From assembly GCF_004010195.1 (NCBI RefSeq), contig NC_057718.1, positions 84,257,586 through 84,321,585 of the forward strand: a stretch of 64,000 nt of DNA. The letters are read 5' to 3'. The position numbers were made by a program, and so were the translations under genes. The stretch's first letter is position 1. Every line of letters begins with the position of its first letter. Source of the DNA: Chiloscyllium plagiosum. Its lineage: Eukaryota. The notes beneath the pieces are model-generated. The model had not been told where the DNA came from, made no database searches, and worked only from the letters and a program-made list of their open reading frames with translations. This document shows positions 13,951 to 27,584 of the stretch, piece after piece.

Positions 13951-15196
13951 TGTAAAAATAATAAGAAAACCTTGTTGCAACAAAACTTCGCAAAATATAG
14001 TAAAACAAGATTCCATAGTACTGAAGCAACATTCAACCCCAATACATGAGTTATTAATTTCTCTCCTTTTTCTCTTCTGACTTATGCAATTCAGAACTAA
14101 TGCAAACCTGTGTTCCAAGCACATTGGGGGTGAAATTGGAATGAGGCTGCAGCATAAAATGGGCAACAATAACTAACAATCATTTACATGCTCTTCCAGT
14201 AATATCAAACCAGAAGAAATAGGATAATTGTCAAATCTACACATTCAAAATGGAAGCAAGAGATGGAAAATCACGTAATATTTAAACAATACTGGCAAGC
14301 ATTTTATGGTGACAATTATAAGGTAACAAGACAATTATCATAATGAAGAACTACCACTTTTATTTTTCTAACAATGACACATTTTGAGATGAAAATCTTG
14401 AAATTAAGATCAACATTGATGGTGAACACTTGATATGTTCATTTAATGTGGCTTTATTTGCTAATCATGCAGATAAGATAGTAATTTAAAAAAGAGTTAG
14501 GAATATTATACTAACATTGGCCACACTATATTTGGTCCAAACATATTTATGATACCAGAAAGAAAATGGAAGTAATATGTTAATTACTTTATCACAATGT
14601 AGGAAGGAACTAATATTTCATGTTCATGCTGTCCTGGTGCAATTCACAACCAATCAATTACTTCTGAAGTGTATCTACTGTCATAACTTTAAGAAATGTA
14701 AACGATTCACCATTACTGTTTTTGGCAAAGCTCAGAAATGTAAATTCTCTCACATGAAGCAATAAACAAATCAGAAACTACTGAAGTTAAGGTTTTGCTT
14801 TGGGCACAGTCTGCAATCTGGGCATTTAAACCATGCTAGTTTCCTGAAGTGAAGTTATAGTTCTTGTTTCAGTTCAAAATTATTAGTATGTTTCAAATAA
14901 AAAAATTCTATGAGCCAGTACAATTAGGCAGTGTCACATTGGATGTCATTTTTGTGCTTCCTTTGCATTAAAAAAATCCTTCATGTACTGTATTTTCGTG
15001 GATCTGCTGCAGTTTTATAACGTAATACTGCAAAAACAAATTTATCACAAAAGGTTAACAACTTCTAGTCCCTTACCTACAAGTAACATAATTTTGAATT
15101 ATCAAAAATGTCTTTAGGCATCTATGCAAAACTATTTACTTCTTTCATTCGTCTGTTTCATAGTAAGCCAACATAAAACACATATGAGCTGTAAAT

Positions 15197-15390
15197 CGGA
15201 AACAAAAACAGAAGTTGCTGTAAAAGCTCAGCGGGTCTGGCAGCATCTGTGAAGAGAAATCGGAGTTAACGTTTCTGGTCCGGTGACTGAGGAAGGTACA
15301 CTGATTTCACTGCACAGGTGCTCCAGACCTGCTGAGCTTTTCCAGCAGCTTCTGTTTTTGTTTCTGATTTACCACATCTGCAATTCTTTC
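15197..15390. mobile_element. Inverted pair of PLE terminal fragments (second family)
   Basis: gaaacaaaaacagaagttgctgtaaaagctcagcgggtctgg pairs with ccagacctgctgagcttttccagcagcttctgtttttgtttc. Confidence 0.6.
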
Positions 15391-15904
15391 AGTTTTTATA
15401 AAATGCATATACTTCATTATAAAATTTTGAAAAGTGCATCAAATATAGCATCAAAAGTCAACCTTCCCTAGAGGAAGTGTATAAACCTGGGACCACCCTC
15501 CTACAAAAATATCCTGATCTATGATTTGTAGTACACTCACTTCTAAAAACTACCAATATTATATGAAGTCCAAGCCTATGCTTGAGTTTTCCACAATCCC
15601 ACTCCCATTATGTGAGTTTGACTCAGCAGTAGCCCTCAATTACAACTGAATCATACAGTGAGTTTAAGTTACTTTTAGGATTTAATCACATAATCTTGGC
15701 TGATATTTGAGTGTATAGACAGAATGCTTTATCAGTGGTATCATCTTGCCGTTTGTTCATAAAACTGAGATCCCACAACACTGATAGTTATTATACTGGA
15801 CCAAACCTAATTGTGAAATAGTGTAAATAAATCTGTAATTTGTTTTGCTGGTGTCAGATATATTGAGCAGTGGCACTCTAAATTGTTACAGAAATCTTAT
15901 AAGC

Positions 15905-16660
15905 CTATGGGAAATAGGAACAGGAGTAGGCCATTCAGCCTCTCAAGCCTGCCTACTGTCAGAATCATAGCTGATCCGACATTTCTGAAGTCCACTTTAT
16001 TGTGTTTTCTCCATAATCGTTGATTTCCCCCTACTAATCAAGAACCTATCTCAGCTTAAATATGCACTCACAGCTCTCTCTGGCAAGGAGTTTCAAAGAC
16101 ACTCAACCCTCTGAGAGAAGGAATTCCCTCCCATCTCAGTCTTAAATTGGCACTGCTTTATTCTGAGACTATGCCCTCTAGTCCTCGGCGCTCCCATGAC
16201 AGGAAACATCCTCTCAGCAATTACCAAGTATACCCCTTAAGAATCATATATGTTTCAATGCGACCACCTGTCATTCTTCTTAACTCCAATGAGTCCCAAT
16301 CTGTTCTGCCTTTAATCATAAGACAATCTCTCTATACCCAGGATTATCTTAATGAACCTTCTATGAGCTGCCTCCAACAAAATGATATCTTTCCATAAAT
16401 AAAGAGATCAAAATTGTGCACAGTACTCCAGATGAGGTCTCGCCAGCATCGTGTACAGTTGCAGTAAGACTTTCCTACTCCTATATTCCAACCTTCTTGA
16501 AATAAGGACCAACATTCCATTAGCTTTCCTGATTATTGCTGCACCTGTGTGCTAGCTTTCTGTGATTTGTACACAGATACCCCCAAGTCCCTTTGTGTTG
16601 CAAATTTCTGCAGTTTCTTTCCATTTAAATAATACTGTTCTTTTGTTCTCCCTATCAAAA
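15905..16660 (-). mobile_element. CR1 3' fragment
   Basis: Starts with a reverse-complement CR1 tail (aggaacaggagtaggccattcagcc) followed by decayed RT C-terminus. Confidence 0.75.
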
Positions 16661-17369
16661 TGAATAATTTAATGATTCATTAATTGCCTTTAGGGAAGGG
16701 AGTGTACCATGACTAGCCCACATGTTATTCTGGTCCCATACTATTTCATTATTTTTGCCTTTTGAGGTAAGCTTATTGAAAAACAATTGTCTTTCAAGGC
16801 CAACTATGTATGAGCAAATGCTGTCTTGCTAGTGCCTTATTTATGAACAAGAAGTACAGAAAGTTGACATCTCTGAGAAGATGTCAATTTCTTGTCACTT
16901 ACATCTTAAATATATTAAAAGATGTTTGCTTGACGGTAAATAACTTGAGAAATGCTATTGAAGCTTTTTATCTGGCACTCATCGAACAAATGTAACTTTC
17001 TCAAGGGAATCTACAGGGAAACTAACAGCCCAAAAGTGATTTTATAAAAATAAATCACAAACTTAAATTGAAATTGCCTAATGAAATTGCCAACTGAAAC
17101 AGCACACCTAATGGACGAATTCAGAATTACTGATAGCAACCTTCAAATTATTGTGTGCAGGTATTTGAAATTGCTGTCAGTTTCCTTATAATGACGAATT
17201 ATCCGCTGTGCTGTCATTTCTGCAACAAACTATATTGGAAGTGACTTCCTCAAATGAGGGGACACTTGTAGAGCAATTTTCTAATTAATAATACCAGAGC
17301 AATCTAATATCACCTATACTTGTTCAGTCAAAAATAGCTACAGCCTAGTCTGAAATGCCAGTTACTGAA

Positions 17370-17578
17370 GGGGTCACGTATTGCATGAGATGCTCTTCTT
17401 TGGAAAAAATGTTAAAATTGTGTTCTTTAAACATTCCTAGAGCTTAGTCCCATTCATTCTATGCCCAGTCACTACTGCCAGAAAGTAGATTAACTGACCA
17501 TTCACCTATCTCATTGTCACTTGTGGGATCTTGCCCTGTTTAAAATAGCTAACAATAACTGAGTGAAATGGTTTGAGG
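17370..17578 (+). mobile_element. Degenerate Deu-domain SINE
   Basis: Contains ctcattgtcacttgtgggatcttgccctgtttaaaatagct, similar to the other DeuSINE copies in the window. Confidence 0.4.
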
Positions 17579-18045
17579 ACTTTCCAACAAGCACCAAGAC
17601 ATAATTTGGCTGGTGGTGAGAAGGGCAATACTGTGAAATTCTTCATGTACGCCAAGACTCTCTGCACCACCACAGGCTGCCCTTGAAGCAGCTGCAGAGC
17701 ATAGACTGTCACACATCTTCTGGAATGTGCCTTTGCAAGGAAAGTTTAGAGACAAATGTAGTGGATTTTGTCAAGGTTCATCCCGAGCAGCTCTGTGACA
17801 CAGGACACTGTGCTCAACGGTCTGTTCCCTGGGACACACAGACACAAACATTGACCACATCTGAAGGACCATCAAATTAGTGAAAGAGGTCTGCCTGAAA
17901 TTTATTGGGTCTCCTACAGCAAAGAGTTGACTTTGACTGAGTGTTGCAGACTGGCATATTCCAAGGTCCAGGACTACATGCTGAGGGATGCACTAGAGCT
18001 TGGGGAAGCTGCCGCGAAGGTGCAGTGAGGAAAAGGCCACCATTC
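17579..18045 (+). mobile_element. Tx1/L1-clade non-LTR retrotransposon ORF2 C-terminal remnant
   Basis: Fragments translate as LSNKHQDIIWLVVRRA, TVTHLLECAFARKV, LFPGTH and ECCRLAYSKVQDYMLRDALELG, resembling the Cys/His-containing C-terminus after Tx1-type RT. Frameshifted. Confidence 0.6.
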
Positions 18046-18439
18046 AAGGTCCTCTGCCAAAGTTAAATGGGGGTCTATTCAGTTATCGGACTCCCCCATT
18101 TCCTCAAATGTATGTAAACTTAGTCTTGTAAAAATAAGAAATGCCTTGGGGTTGTTTGACTTAAGTGTGCTATAGTGACTATGTTTATTTCTAAAGGTTT
18201 TATATGAATAAAGTATATTTTTGAAATAAAAGTTTGGGGTATTTCAGAGATGCAACAACGCACTATATGAATGGAAGTTTCTGTTTCGTTTCTTATACCT
18301 TTCATTTGATTTTGTGTTACTTTCTGGTGTTTACAAGAGATAATTCTGGACTGCAAAATAGTGTGCACGGTAGGAATAAAAGTTTCAAGTTCGAACAAGG
18401 ACACAAAACCATTACAACTGCAGTGTGCTCACAATCAAG

Positions 18440-19350
18440 CTTCATCGATATTCGGTATCAACTCCGCCTACTTCCTCCGTCCGATCTAAATAACGAATTA
18501 TGGTGCGTACATTGCAGTTTCTGTTGCGTATTGGAAGCCATTTTGGAGCTGTTATTATTCAACGGAAAACACTGTGATCAATATGGATCCCACAGAATAC
18601 GACAAAGGTTCGGCGCGTACTGCGCACGTGATCTCGATTCCAAACTGCCATCCGTTCCAATCCTTTCAGCCCGCTCGCGCCGCACTTTATCGAGTGCCCG
18701 TATGTGACTATGTCCTAAACGCACATGCGCAAGTGACAGAGGCGGGGCGGGTTTCGCTCTCAGTTAATGGAGAACGGGCGAAGGGAAGAGTGAGTGTGTT
18801 ATTATGTCCCGATACAACCGGTGCGGTGGAGGTGAGGATCCCCCCCCTTTAGCACTGAAGGAAAATCCAAACGGAAAATAAACCCATCAAAACAGGCAAG
18901 CGTCTGATCCCCAGGCACCCCCTTCAAATCGGATGCTGCTTGTACAATCCCGAAAGGTGCGGAAGCTGCCATCCGCGCGATGGTGGCACGCCAGCCTCTT
19001 CAGCATGGAGGGGGTCGGAGCTGCGAAATGGCGGCCTCTTGTTCTCTTTCCTCTCGTTACTTTCATTTTGGCGATGCCTTTTGCGATTTTGATTTTTGTT
19101 TTAAAAACCGCTGTACCTTGACGGTTAAATGTAAATACTGTGAGGAATATACGGGGAGCAGCCACTGAATGACAATAGTGCGCGCTTTGGCGGGCCATGC
19201 AGGCGGCAGTGCCTCCATATTGTTTAAGGGTACACAACACATCTCCGGTTTATGCTTAAAGGGTTTGTGAGAAGTGACCACTGAATTGTGAGCCCGACAT
19301 GTCGGTGATTCTTGACTCGGTCTGGGGACCGAAAAGCAAAGGAAGCACGG
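18440..19350. promoter_or_regulatory. CpG-rich TATA-less promoter and 5' region of SRSF7, possibly bidirectional
   Basis: CpG cluster in otherwise CpG-poor DNA. E-box CACGTG 18625-18630, NRF1-like GCACATGCGCA 18721-18731, GC box AGGCGGGGCGGG 18740-18751, YY1 motif AAATGGCGGC 19026-19035. Confidence 0.8.
18804..18831 (+). CDS. SRSF7: SRSF7 coding exon 1 (MSRYNRCGG-E)
   Basis: ATG TCC CGA TAC AAC CGG TGC GGT GGA G|gtgagg. 28 nt, phase 1, resembles the SRSF7 N-terminus MSRYGRYGGE and joins exon 2 in frame. Confidence 0.9.
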
Positions 19351-20011
19351 CAATGCATCAAGCGATTGGATCTAATACATCATTTTGACTTCCACCCCCA
19401 ACACGGTTAACCTTGTTCTCGTGCTCATTGGGGGAATTTAACGATGCATTATTATTTAAAGATCGTAGCATACACCATTGAAGCTGTGACCCAGGTTTAG
19501 AATGTCAATTTATATAATACGTTCGGTTTTCAAAATCAGTTTATTGAGAAATTGTTTATTAAAATTATAAAATTTGGAGTTGTGCCTTCTAGGTTTTTCC
19601 CTGTGCCTATAGTAACAGTTGAATTTTACTTTGATTTTTATGGTGAGCAATAAATTCACAAGAGAAATTGGTTGCCTTGAGAGATTAGGTTATTTTATAC
19701 AATAGAGGTAAGCTTGATTATACTATAAAGTTAAAAGTCTGTGCTTGTCAGAAACTGAATTACTTTCATAAGCAGCAAATAAAAAAAATGCTGGTATATG
19801 GAATCACTTGATCCACACTACCTGTTCTGGTTCTAGTTCCACATTCCAATGTAACCTAAACTATTTTTGCTTACACTTTATGTCATCTTCCATATTTTTA
19901 TTCAGTGTTTATATAACCCTTCCTGGGTACAGGTTTGTTTCCTTCATTCTCACTTACGAGTGAGAAATTCCATTTCCTATTGATCTGAGCAATCCAACCA
20001 TCTTTGCTTCA

Positions 20012-20405
20012 AGTGTCAGCCTTGACTGTGGCAGCACTCTTACAGCTGAGTGAAAGTAGGGATTTCACCTGGACATCCTGGAACCAACATCTAGTGATTT
20101 TCTTACTGCTGTCTGTGGGACCCTGCTGTGCACAAATTAACTAATCTTATAACAGTGGCTGCACATGAGATCATGGAGCAGGCGAAAACCATTCAACCTC
20201 TCAACCCTGCTCCACCATTCTAGATTATAGCTGATCATCTACCTCACTGCCATATTCTTGCACTATCCCATGTCCTTTGTTGGAACCTGTTGGACTATAA
20301 CCTGGTGTTTTGTGATTTTTAACTATGCCCATTGATGGTATTGAATGACTTCATTAGGTGTAAAGTGCTTTAGACATTGTTAGGAATGGCTTTGTAGAAA
20401 TGCTT
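20012..20405 (+). mobile_element. Deu-domain SINE remnant interrupted by a short antisense CR1 tail (about 20165-20275)
   Basis: tgctgtctgtgggaccctgctgtgcacaaattaact ... cttcattaggtgtaaagtgctttagaca. Confidence 0.5.
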
Positions 20406-20824
20406 AATGTATTATTAGTTCTGAGCTGAGTGCCCGACATTTCCGATTCAACAGAAATACATTATTAGTACAGTATTAGTACATGAAAATACTTTCATTT
20501 TTACTGCACATATTAGATTTCTTTTTATCTTCTCAGCTGCAAACCTATTTATATTTTACAATATCCTAATTCTTAAGCCAATTGATATCACAATCTGCTT
20601 TTAAAATCTTAGTTCTGTAATTTTTGTGATCTTCTGAGGTACTGTATCACTCTTCATTTAACTTCTGATCATTTTAATTTATGTTTCCTCTCTTTTTAAA
20701 ATTGTGCTGCATATACCTCTGTTTACTGTTGCTGTCAGATCCATCAATTATAATACTACTTGTCTAGTACTGTTTGGTTCTCTTTTCTACAGTTTGCAAG
20801 GTCAGTTTTATTTTCCCTGAGTAT

Positions 20825-22060
20825 ATGTCATAGTTTTTACAGCATAGAAAGAGGTCTTTCAGTCAGTCATCAAACAACCATCTATTCTAATCGTACGTTC
20901 TAGCATTTGGCCCATAGCCTTGTATGCTTTGGTGTTTCGAGTGCTTATCTAAATAGTGCTTAAATGTCTTGAATGCCTTATGGGCAGAGAGTTCCAGATA
21001 ACCACAACCCTTTGGGTGAAAAATATTTTCCTCAAATTCCCTCTAAACATCCTGCTCCTTGTCTTAAAACTTGCCCTTTTGTTATTGGTCTCTGTACTAG
21101 TGTGTGTGGGGGAATCTATTTACCTTGTCTATGCCCCTCAGAACTATGTACACCTCATTTGGATTCCTCCCACCTCAGCCGCCTTTGCTCTGAGAAAACT
21201 AATCCCAGTATCTGTAGTCTCTCTTTCATTAATTGAATTGCTGTAGCCCAGGCAACACCCTGCTGAATCTCTCCTGCACTCTTTTTAGTCCAGTTTCATC
21301 CTCATGCTGTGGTGACCAGAACCCACAGTACTCCTCCTGTGGCCTAATTAACATAGTATGCAGCTCCATCATAAATTCCTTGATCTTGTACTCAATGCCC
21401 TGTCTAATAAAGGCAAGTATCCCATATTCTTTCTTATTCATCTATCCTGCCTTTAAAGATCTATGGATATGTAAGCTGAGGTACCTCTGATCCTCTGCAC
21501 TACTTTGGTACTCCTTTGCTTTGTTAGTCCTCCCAAAACCCCTCACCTTTCAGGATTAAATTCCATTTGCCATTATTCAATCCATCTGACTAGCCCACCT
21601 ATATTGTCCCATAGTTTGTCTTTTCTCCTTGCTATCTACCAACCATCAATTTTCATGTCCTCTGTGAACTTACTGATCATACCTTCTACCTTCATGTCTA
21701 GATCATTAATGTACTCAAAAAGCAAAGGACCTAGCCACTAGGTGCAAGCTTCCTGTCATAAAATATCATTCAGCCATTGCTGTCCACATGCTGCCATTAA
21801 GCCAGCTTTGACTCCAAGTTGACCAGTTGCCCTGGTCCCCAGAATCCCTTAGCTTCTTACCAGCCCACCATGCAAAACGTAATCTAAAACCTTATTGAAG
21901 TCCACACAGACTACACCAACTGCACTACCCTCATCTACACATCTAGTAACCTTGTAAAATTCAATTAAGTTGTTAGGTATGATCTCCTTACAAAATCATG
22001 CTGATTTCCTGGATTAATTCTGTGCCTTGGAACTTTTCCAGTAGTTTCCCTACCACCGAT
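20825..22060 (-). mobile_element. Degenerate CR1 RT and 3' fragment in SRSF7 intron 1
   Basis: ORF 21229..21441 (ILAFIRQGIEYK...LIRPQEEYCGFWSP...RVQERFSRVLPGL). Confidence 0.8.
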
Positions 22061-24489
22061 TCATTTATATAGAAATAAAATATCTTGGTATGTTCCTGGG
22101 ATAAATGTTCATTTACTGCGGCTGTCCTGCAATCCTGCAGTTAATTTTTTTTAATACCTGGTTTTAGTTTAAGGAATTCAGTGTCGTAGTTCCCCAGACA
22201 CTTGGTAGTAGTCAAACTCTAACATGACTTATATATTTATTATCTTGCTTGTGTAGGTTACTATTTTTATACATTGAGTATCATTGTCTCCCGATAAGTG
22301 ACTGCATATTATGTTCTAACTGAATAAATGTTTAAGTACTCCTATTAAACAAGAATAAATATATATCGGTTCCTTTTATTTAGATAACTAATTGTCACTG
22401 TTTTGCAATATACTATACTAATTAGCCCAGAGTTGATTAGAGAAATAACACTGCTGATAAACATCAACACCATTGAAAAGTTCTGATAATGTTTTGGTCT
22501 GGTTCTACCTATTCATATTTTTTCAATATGTTTACTGACATCAGCTATCCAATAATCATTGCTGACTGCATGTGCTCAATGTTGATTATTTACAAATGTT
22601 ATGAAGCTGATTTTTTTTTTCATACTGTCACGTTTTGTTTAAATATATTTCTGTGATATCCCTGCCAGTGTGCATGTTCCTGGGTGTCAGTTAACAACCA
22701 TTTTTCTTTCTACAAAATGTTGGTGCTCCAAATGCTCCCAGCTAGTAACATTTCTTCACTTGACCAGAATGCGTATTGGCTTTTCATTTGATAAACCAGG
22801 GTACGTTCTCAAACTAGAAGAATTCGATAATTGAATGGACCTTGAAAAGGGATTTTCATTTTTGTAGCAAAGAGGTGATCGATACTGTTTTGAAAACATG
22901 CAAGAAAATTTTCACAGCTATAATGCTTCTTGCATATACCATAGAGAATGAATGTGAAAAACCCTCTTTGGAATAATGATATAGCAAAAATGTTTCTGCA
23001 TAAGTTAACATGCGTGCACTCTATTCTAAGAACCTGTTTTAATGTCATAGGTTCAACTACTCCAGTGTATTGGAATCGGCTATTCATGTTTTTTGGCCTC
23101 TGTTCCTAGTTTATTTGTATCATGGTATTATTCCAAAAAAATCAGATATGCTATTATTATAATTTTTTTTTAAAATTATCATTTTTCTGATGTTGGGTGC
23201 GCTGCAATAGAAAAGTGAGCTCTAGTCACATATTCCCATAGTAAGGGGAAGTTGTAAGGAGGCTTGCATTAGAATTGTACAATTTTTAGTGACTAGTTCC
23301 CTATGCATAGATGTGATTTCTAGAGCCAGATCATAAAAAATGTGCAATCATGTTAATTGAAAAATTATTGTACATCATCAAACATTTTGATTACATCTCA
23401 TGCACAATATACAGTGGTTACCTTTTGTAATTGTGGACTGTCATCCATAACATACTAAACCCATTCAGTAATGTATTTCTAATCTTGTCCTCCTTCCCCA
23501 TCTCAGTCTAAAACTGAATCCTTTGCTAATTTTGAAATTTTGTTCAGAAACTACATGTTTTGCTGTGCTTGTATGCAATTCATCTTCAGTTTGACATATT
23601 GTCTAGGAATGAGGAGGTCTTTAATGAACATTAGGACTTAATGTTAATGGTGAAAACTTTGTGTTCAGAAAACAGGGTCCCATTCAGCAACTAAAATTTT
23701 TGATCTGCATTATTTTAGACTGCCAGTTTTGTTGCCACTTGCACAGGAGGGCATCAAGCTGAAGATAGTTAGAAGGAGATTTATATGGAAATAACTTGAG
23801 ACCTGTAGTTGACACTTTTGGTTACTGACTAGAAATTACAAGAATGAACTTTGACCAGATTCCTACCATTCATCTTTGTGGCTGACGAAAAAATGGGCCA
23901 GAGAACATGAGAAAAACTAATCAAGCTTTGAATCGAGATTCTAAGAATTTCCTAATTTGCAAGACCCCCATGTCACTATTGTACTAGTTGATTCTCATTT
24001 GTAAGAAATTTCTAAAATTCTGACAGTTTGGTATGCATACCAATATGCAATTCACTTTTGCTGTTTGTATTAAAACTTTATGCTTTAGTCTGAGTTGCGA
24101 CTAAGGGACTTTTCTGAGATGTTCTTGCTGCCTGTGTGATTAAACGAACACACCAAAGCACTGATGCAAGATGCCATTTGAGTGAAGGGGTTGTGATGAA
24201 TGTGACAGTGGTGGTTTTGAGGCGGAGGGGTGTTGAAAAAGAATACAGTACAGTTCGGTCAAAGCTGCAGTGAGCTGTTTTAAGCTCATGTTACCTACCT
24301 GCTATCAAGACATCTCTTCGTGATTAGAATAGAACTTTGAAGTTGAACATTGAAGATCCAGTTATGGTCCATGATGGAACCAGTGGCAAAAGTTGAACTG
24401 AGTGGTTCAGAAATTTTGGTGGAAATTAAAATATAACTTTGCAATTAATATATTTTGTTATTTGGGCAAATAAATTAGAGTTTTATAAA

Positions 24490-25450
24490 AGCACAATGCG
24501 AGAAAAACTTAGGTCAGGCAGCATGTGCAGATAGAAACTTAGTAAATGTTTCAGGTCAAGTGACCTTTTGTCAGAAGTAAAGAAGGATTGCATTGGAAGG
24601 TTTTTAATCAGGTTTAAAAAGGGATAGGGCAGAAAGAAGAAAAGGCAAAGAAACAATGTTGGAGAAATTCAACAGGTCTGACAGTATCTGTGGAGAGAGA
24701 AACTGAGTTAACGTTTTGAGTCCACTATGATTTCTTTGAGAACGAAAGGCAAGTTCTTTGATAACAGGGGGACCAAGGGAGATTTTAAAATAAAAGATTT
24801 CATGATGCAAAAGCTGAAGAGAGTGTTGATGGGCAAAGAAATAAAGGTTTTGTCCAAATGGTGTAAATGGCTAGGCAAAAACATAATTAAATGCAACATG
24901 AGGAATAAAGAAACAAAAAGCAAACAGAATGAACATAATTAGAAAGGACAATAAGCCGAAGGCAGAGTTGTGATCTAAAGTTGTTGAACTCTTGAGCCCA
25001 GATGACTATAGAGATTTAAATTGATAACAAGGTGTTCTTGCGTTTGCATTGGAACACACCATGGGCAGAAATGTCATTGTGGGAGAAGGTGAAAAATGAT
25101 GAGCACCTGGAAGCTTGGGGTCAGTTAAAAGGAGTTTTGTATAAAGTGTTACTCAGTCATGAGTTTGAACCCTCCAAGGTAGAAGTGATTGCATCATGAA
25201 CTGAATGTACAGTATGCTAATTGAAAGAGTAGAATTAAATTGGTTCCATTTGGAAAAAAATATTTAGGGCATTCGATGATGAAAACGGTAAGTGTTGCGT
25301 CTCCTGTGCTTGCGTGAGAACCTACTGTAGGGGAGAAGCTACTGTAGGGAAGTATGTGGGTTTTAGGCGTGAATGAGAAGTGGACGAGGATGTCAAAAAG
25401 GGACTGATCAATTTGGAATTGTAAAAGTGCAGGCAGGGAAAATGAGTTTG
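24490..25450 (-). mobile_element. Highly degenerate PLE 3' portion
   Basis: Two tandem PLE-type terminal fragments (24500-24580, 24650-24730) followed by decayed sequence resembling the GIY-YIG C-terminal region. Confidence 0.45.
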
Positions 25451-26229
25451 GTTTAAGGTTGCCAACTTATAGATGTATTATGATGTCATGGAATCAATGT
25501 CCTGTGGCACAATTGTTCAAGCCCATCCACTGGGCTGAGGGGACAATCAAAAGACCCAGGCACCTGCTGAACTGGGTACAGCCCTTTATAAGCAATTGCT
25601 GCTAAATCCTCAGCTCAGACCCCAGTTACTGTACTTTCCCCATACATATGGGTTCCTGAAAAACAATCTCTTAAGCAAGCATTGATCAACTGCCTTGGGT
25701 TTTAGTCTCAAACCAGTGCAATGCTTCCTCCTGTTTGTTGCATTAGCAGATATGGCATTGTAATGAATGTAAAGCATCTAGGAGGTTTCCTCTTACAGAC
25801 AAATTTTTGTAAAGTATGCTGTTCTCCACAGCTATATGGGAGTGTTAATATATGATGGCAGGAACAGGTGTGAATGCGTTACATGTACATGACCCATGTC
25901 TGGTTCTGGTGCATTTAAATCATCACATTGGCAAAAATGCTGTCTGATTGCTATTATACAATGAATAATAAGCTTTTGACTATTGTGTATATTAATTTAT
26001 TTTCTTAAAATATCACATTGCTTTCAATTGCCACATGCTGATTCTAGGAGATTCTGGGCTATTCCATATGATTTGGTCGTATCATACTGGACTTGGTGGA
26101 AATGGCAGAGGATGATGCCCTGCTTCCTTTAATGACTGCATTCCATTTTCCCAGTCTTATGGTGGAACCTAATTTGATGGTGCAACCTTCTTTATCAATG
26201 CTTCTGACATTTTTTTCTCAACTATGGAT

Positions 26230-27050
26230 TCTCGTCCAGCATAGTTGATGGACGTCTCCAAACGGACTGTTCCCTGCATGCACCTTTGTGCACTTCTTAG
26301 TTATCCTAATACCCATGTCATTCCATGCAGCAAATATTGATGTATGCGTGTTATGTGTCCATTGTGTCATTTTTCTTGAACTTTCAATTTTATTCTGTAT
26401 TTGCAGTTTATGATGTGTTTTCCTCTTTGAGGAGATGACAGGCTGGGTGACCACTTTGCAGACAACCCATTAAGTCTGCCAGCATGACCCCAGTTTCTGG
26501 TTGTTTGTCACTTTGATTCTTGACCTCACTCCCATAGTAATCTTTCTGTCCATAGCCTTCTCCAACACTGGCTTAATGATCAACATCTTTCCTTTTGATT
26601 TGGCTCTACAGCCTCTGAACTCACCAAGTTATTTTAGATCATAACCTCTCCGTTCTTTTTCTTTCTTTCATTTTATTTGTTTGTCTTATTTGTTTCTTTA
26701 TTCATTTGTATTGCATTCAAATGATTTTTATCATTCAATTGGACTTAATTTTGTTCCTTTATGCATCAACCCTTTAAGAAGATTTCTCTTAAGCTCTGTT
26801 TATAAAAATAAGGTATCGTCTATTTCAAGAAAATCTGTTGCACTTTACCCTACCATGGAACTTGTCTTTTGTTCTTCTACCACCTCCCTTCTTTTGCTGT
26901 TGTAAAAACTCTTTTGTAGATTTTTTTTCTATTCTGGTGAAAGGTAACTTACCTTTGTGCGCTCTCTTTCTTTCTCTGTCACTCTCTCTCTCTAGACACC
27001 ACCTGACCATGTCCAGTTTGCTGAGCTTTTCCAGCAGTTTTGTTTTTATA
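26230..27050 (+). mobile_element. Highly degenerate PLE 3' portion, opposite orientation
   Basis: ggagatgacaggctgggtgaccactttgcagacaac resembles GE...RLGDHFAEH. A pyrimidine-rich UTR and the terminal ctgctgagcttttccagcag-type motif follow at about 27020-27045. Confidence 0.45.
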
Positions 27051-27584
27051 TTAAATTAGGATTTCAATCACTTCACTGAAAGAAGCGTGTATGATGTGGG
27101 GCGCTTGCACCAGTATGGGCAAAATAAGTTGTTTGATTAGAAAATATCTGAAACATGTTTAGAGATGTTATTACAACCCTAGAGAACAGTTGGGATTTGA
27201 ACTGAGCTGTCCTGGTGCTGGGACACTACCACTGTACAACAGACCCTTCCAAGAAATTACCTTGGAATATTTTTTAATCAACCTGTTCATGGTTATTATT
27301 ACACCACCCTAAAAATAGTTGGGTGTTGAGCCTGGGTATCTGGCTGAGAGGTTGGAACTGTGCCACAAAAGCCCCGCCAAAAATTGTATTATTGAAATGG
27401 TCTCCATTTTAATCAACTAAGAGTAGAGGATAGAGAAAATTGATGAAGGAACAGCTGGGAGGATTCAAGTAGAGTACTTGCAAAGCAGTTAAAGTATAAA
27501 GAATGTAGAGAAGAGTAATGATTGAGATTCAAAAATGTAAAGTGTGTCAGGAAGAGATGTCCAAGAGTTTAACAAGTTTCATAT

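Noticed and set aside
18234..19353. Several overlapping 60-157 aa ORFs at the promoter
   Set aside because: No recognisable domains; these are expected in GC-rich DNA. Only the 28-nt SRSF7 exon 1 is supported.
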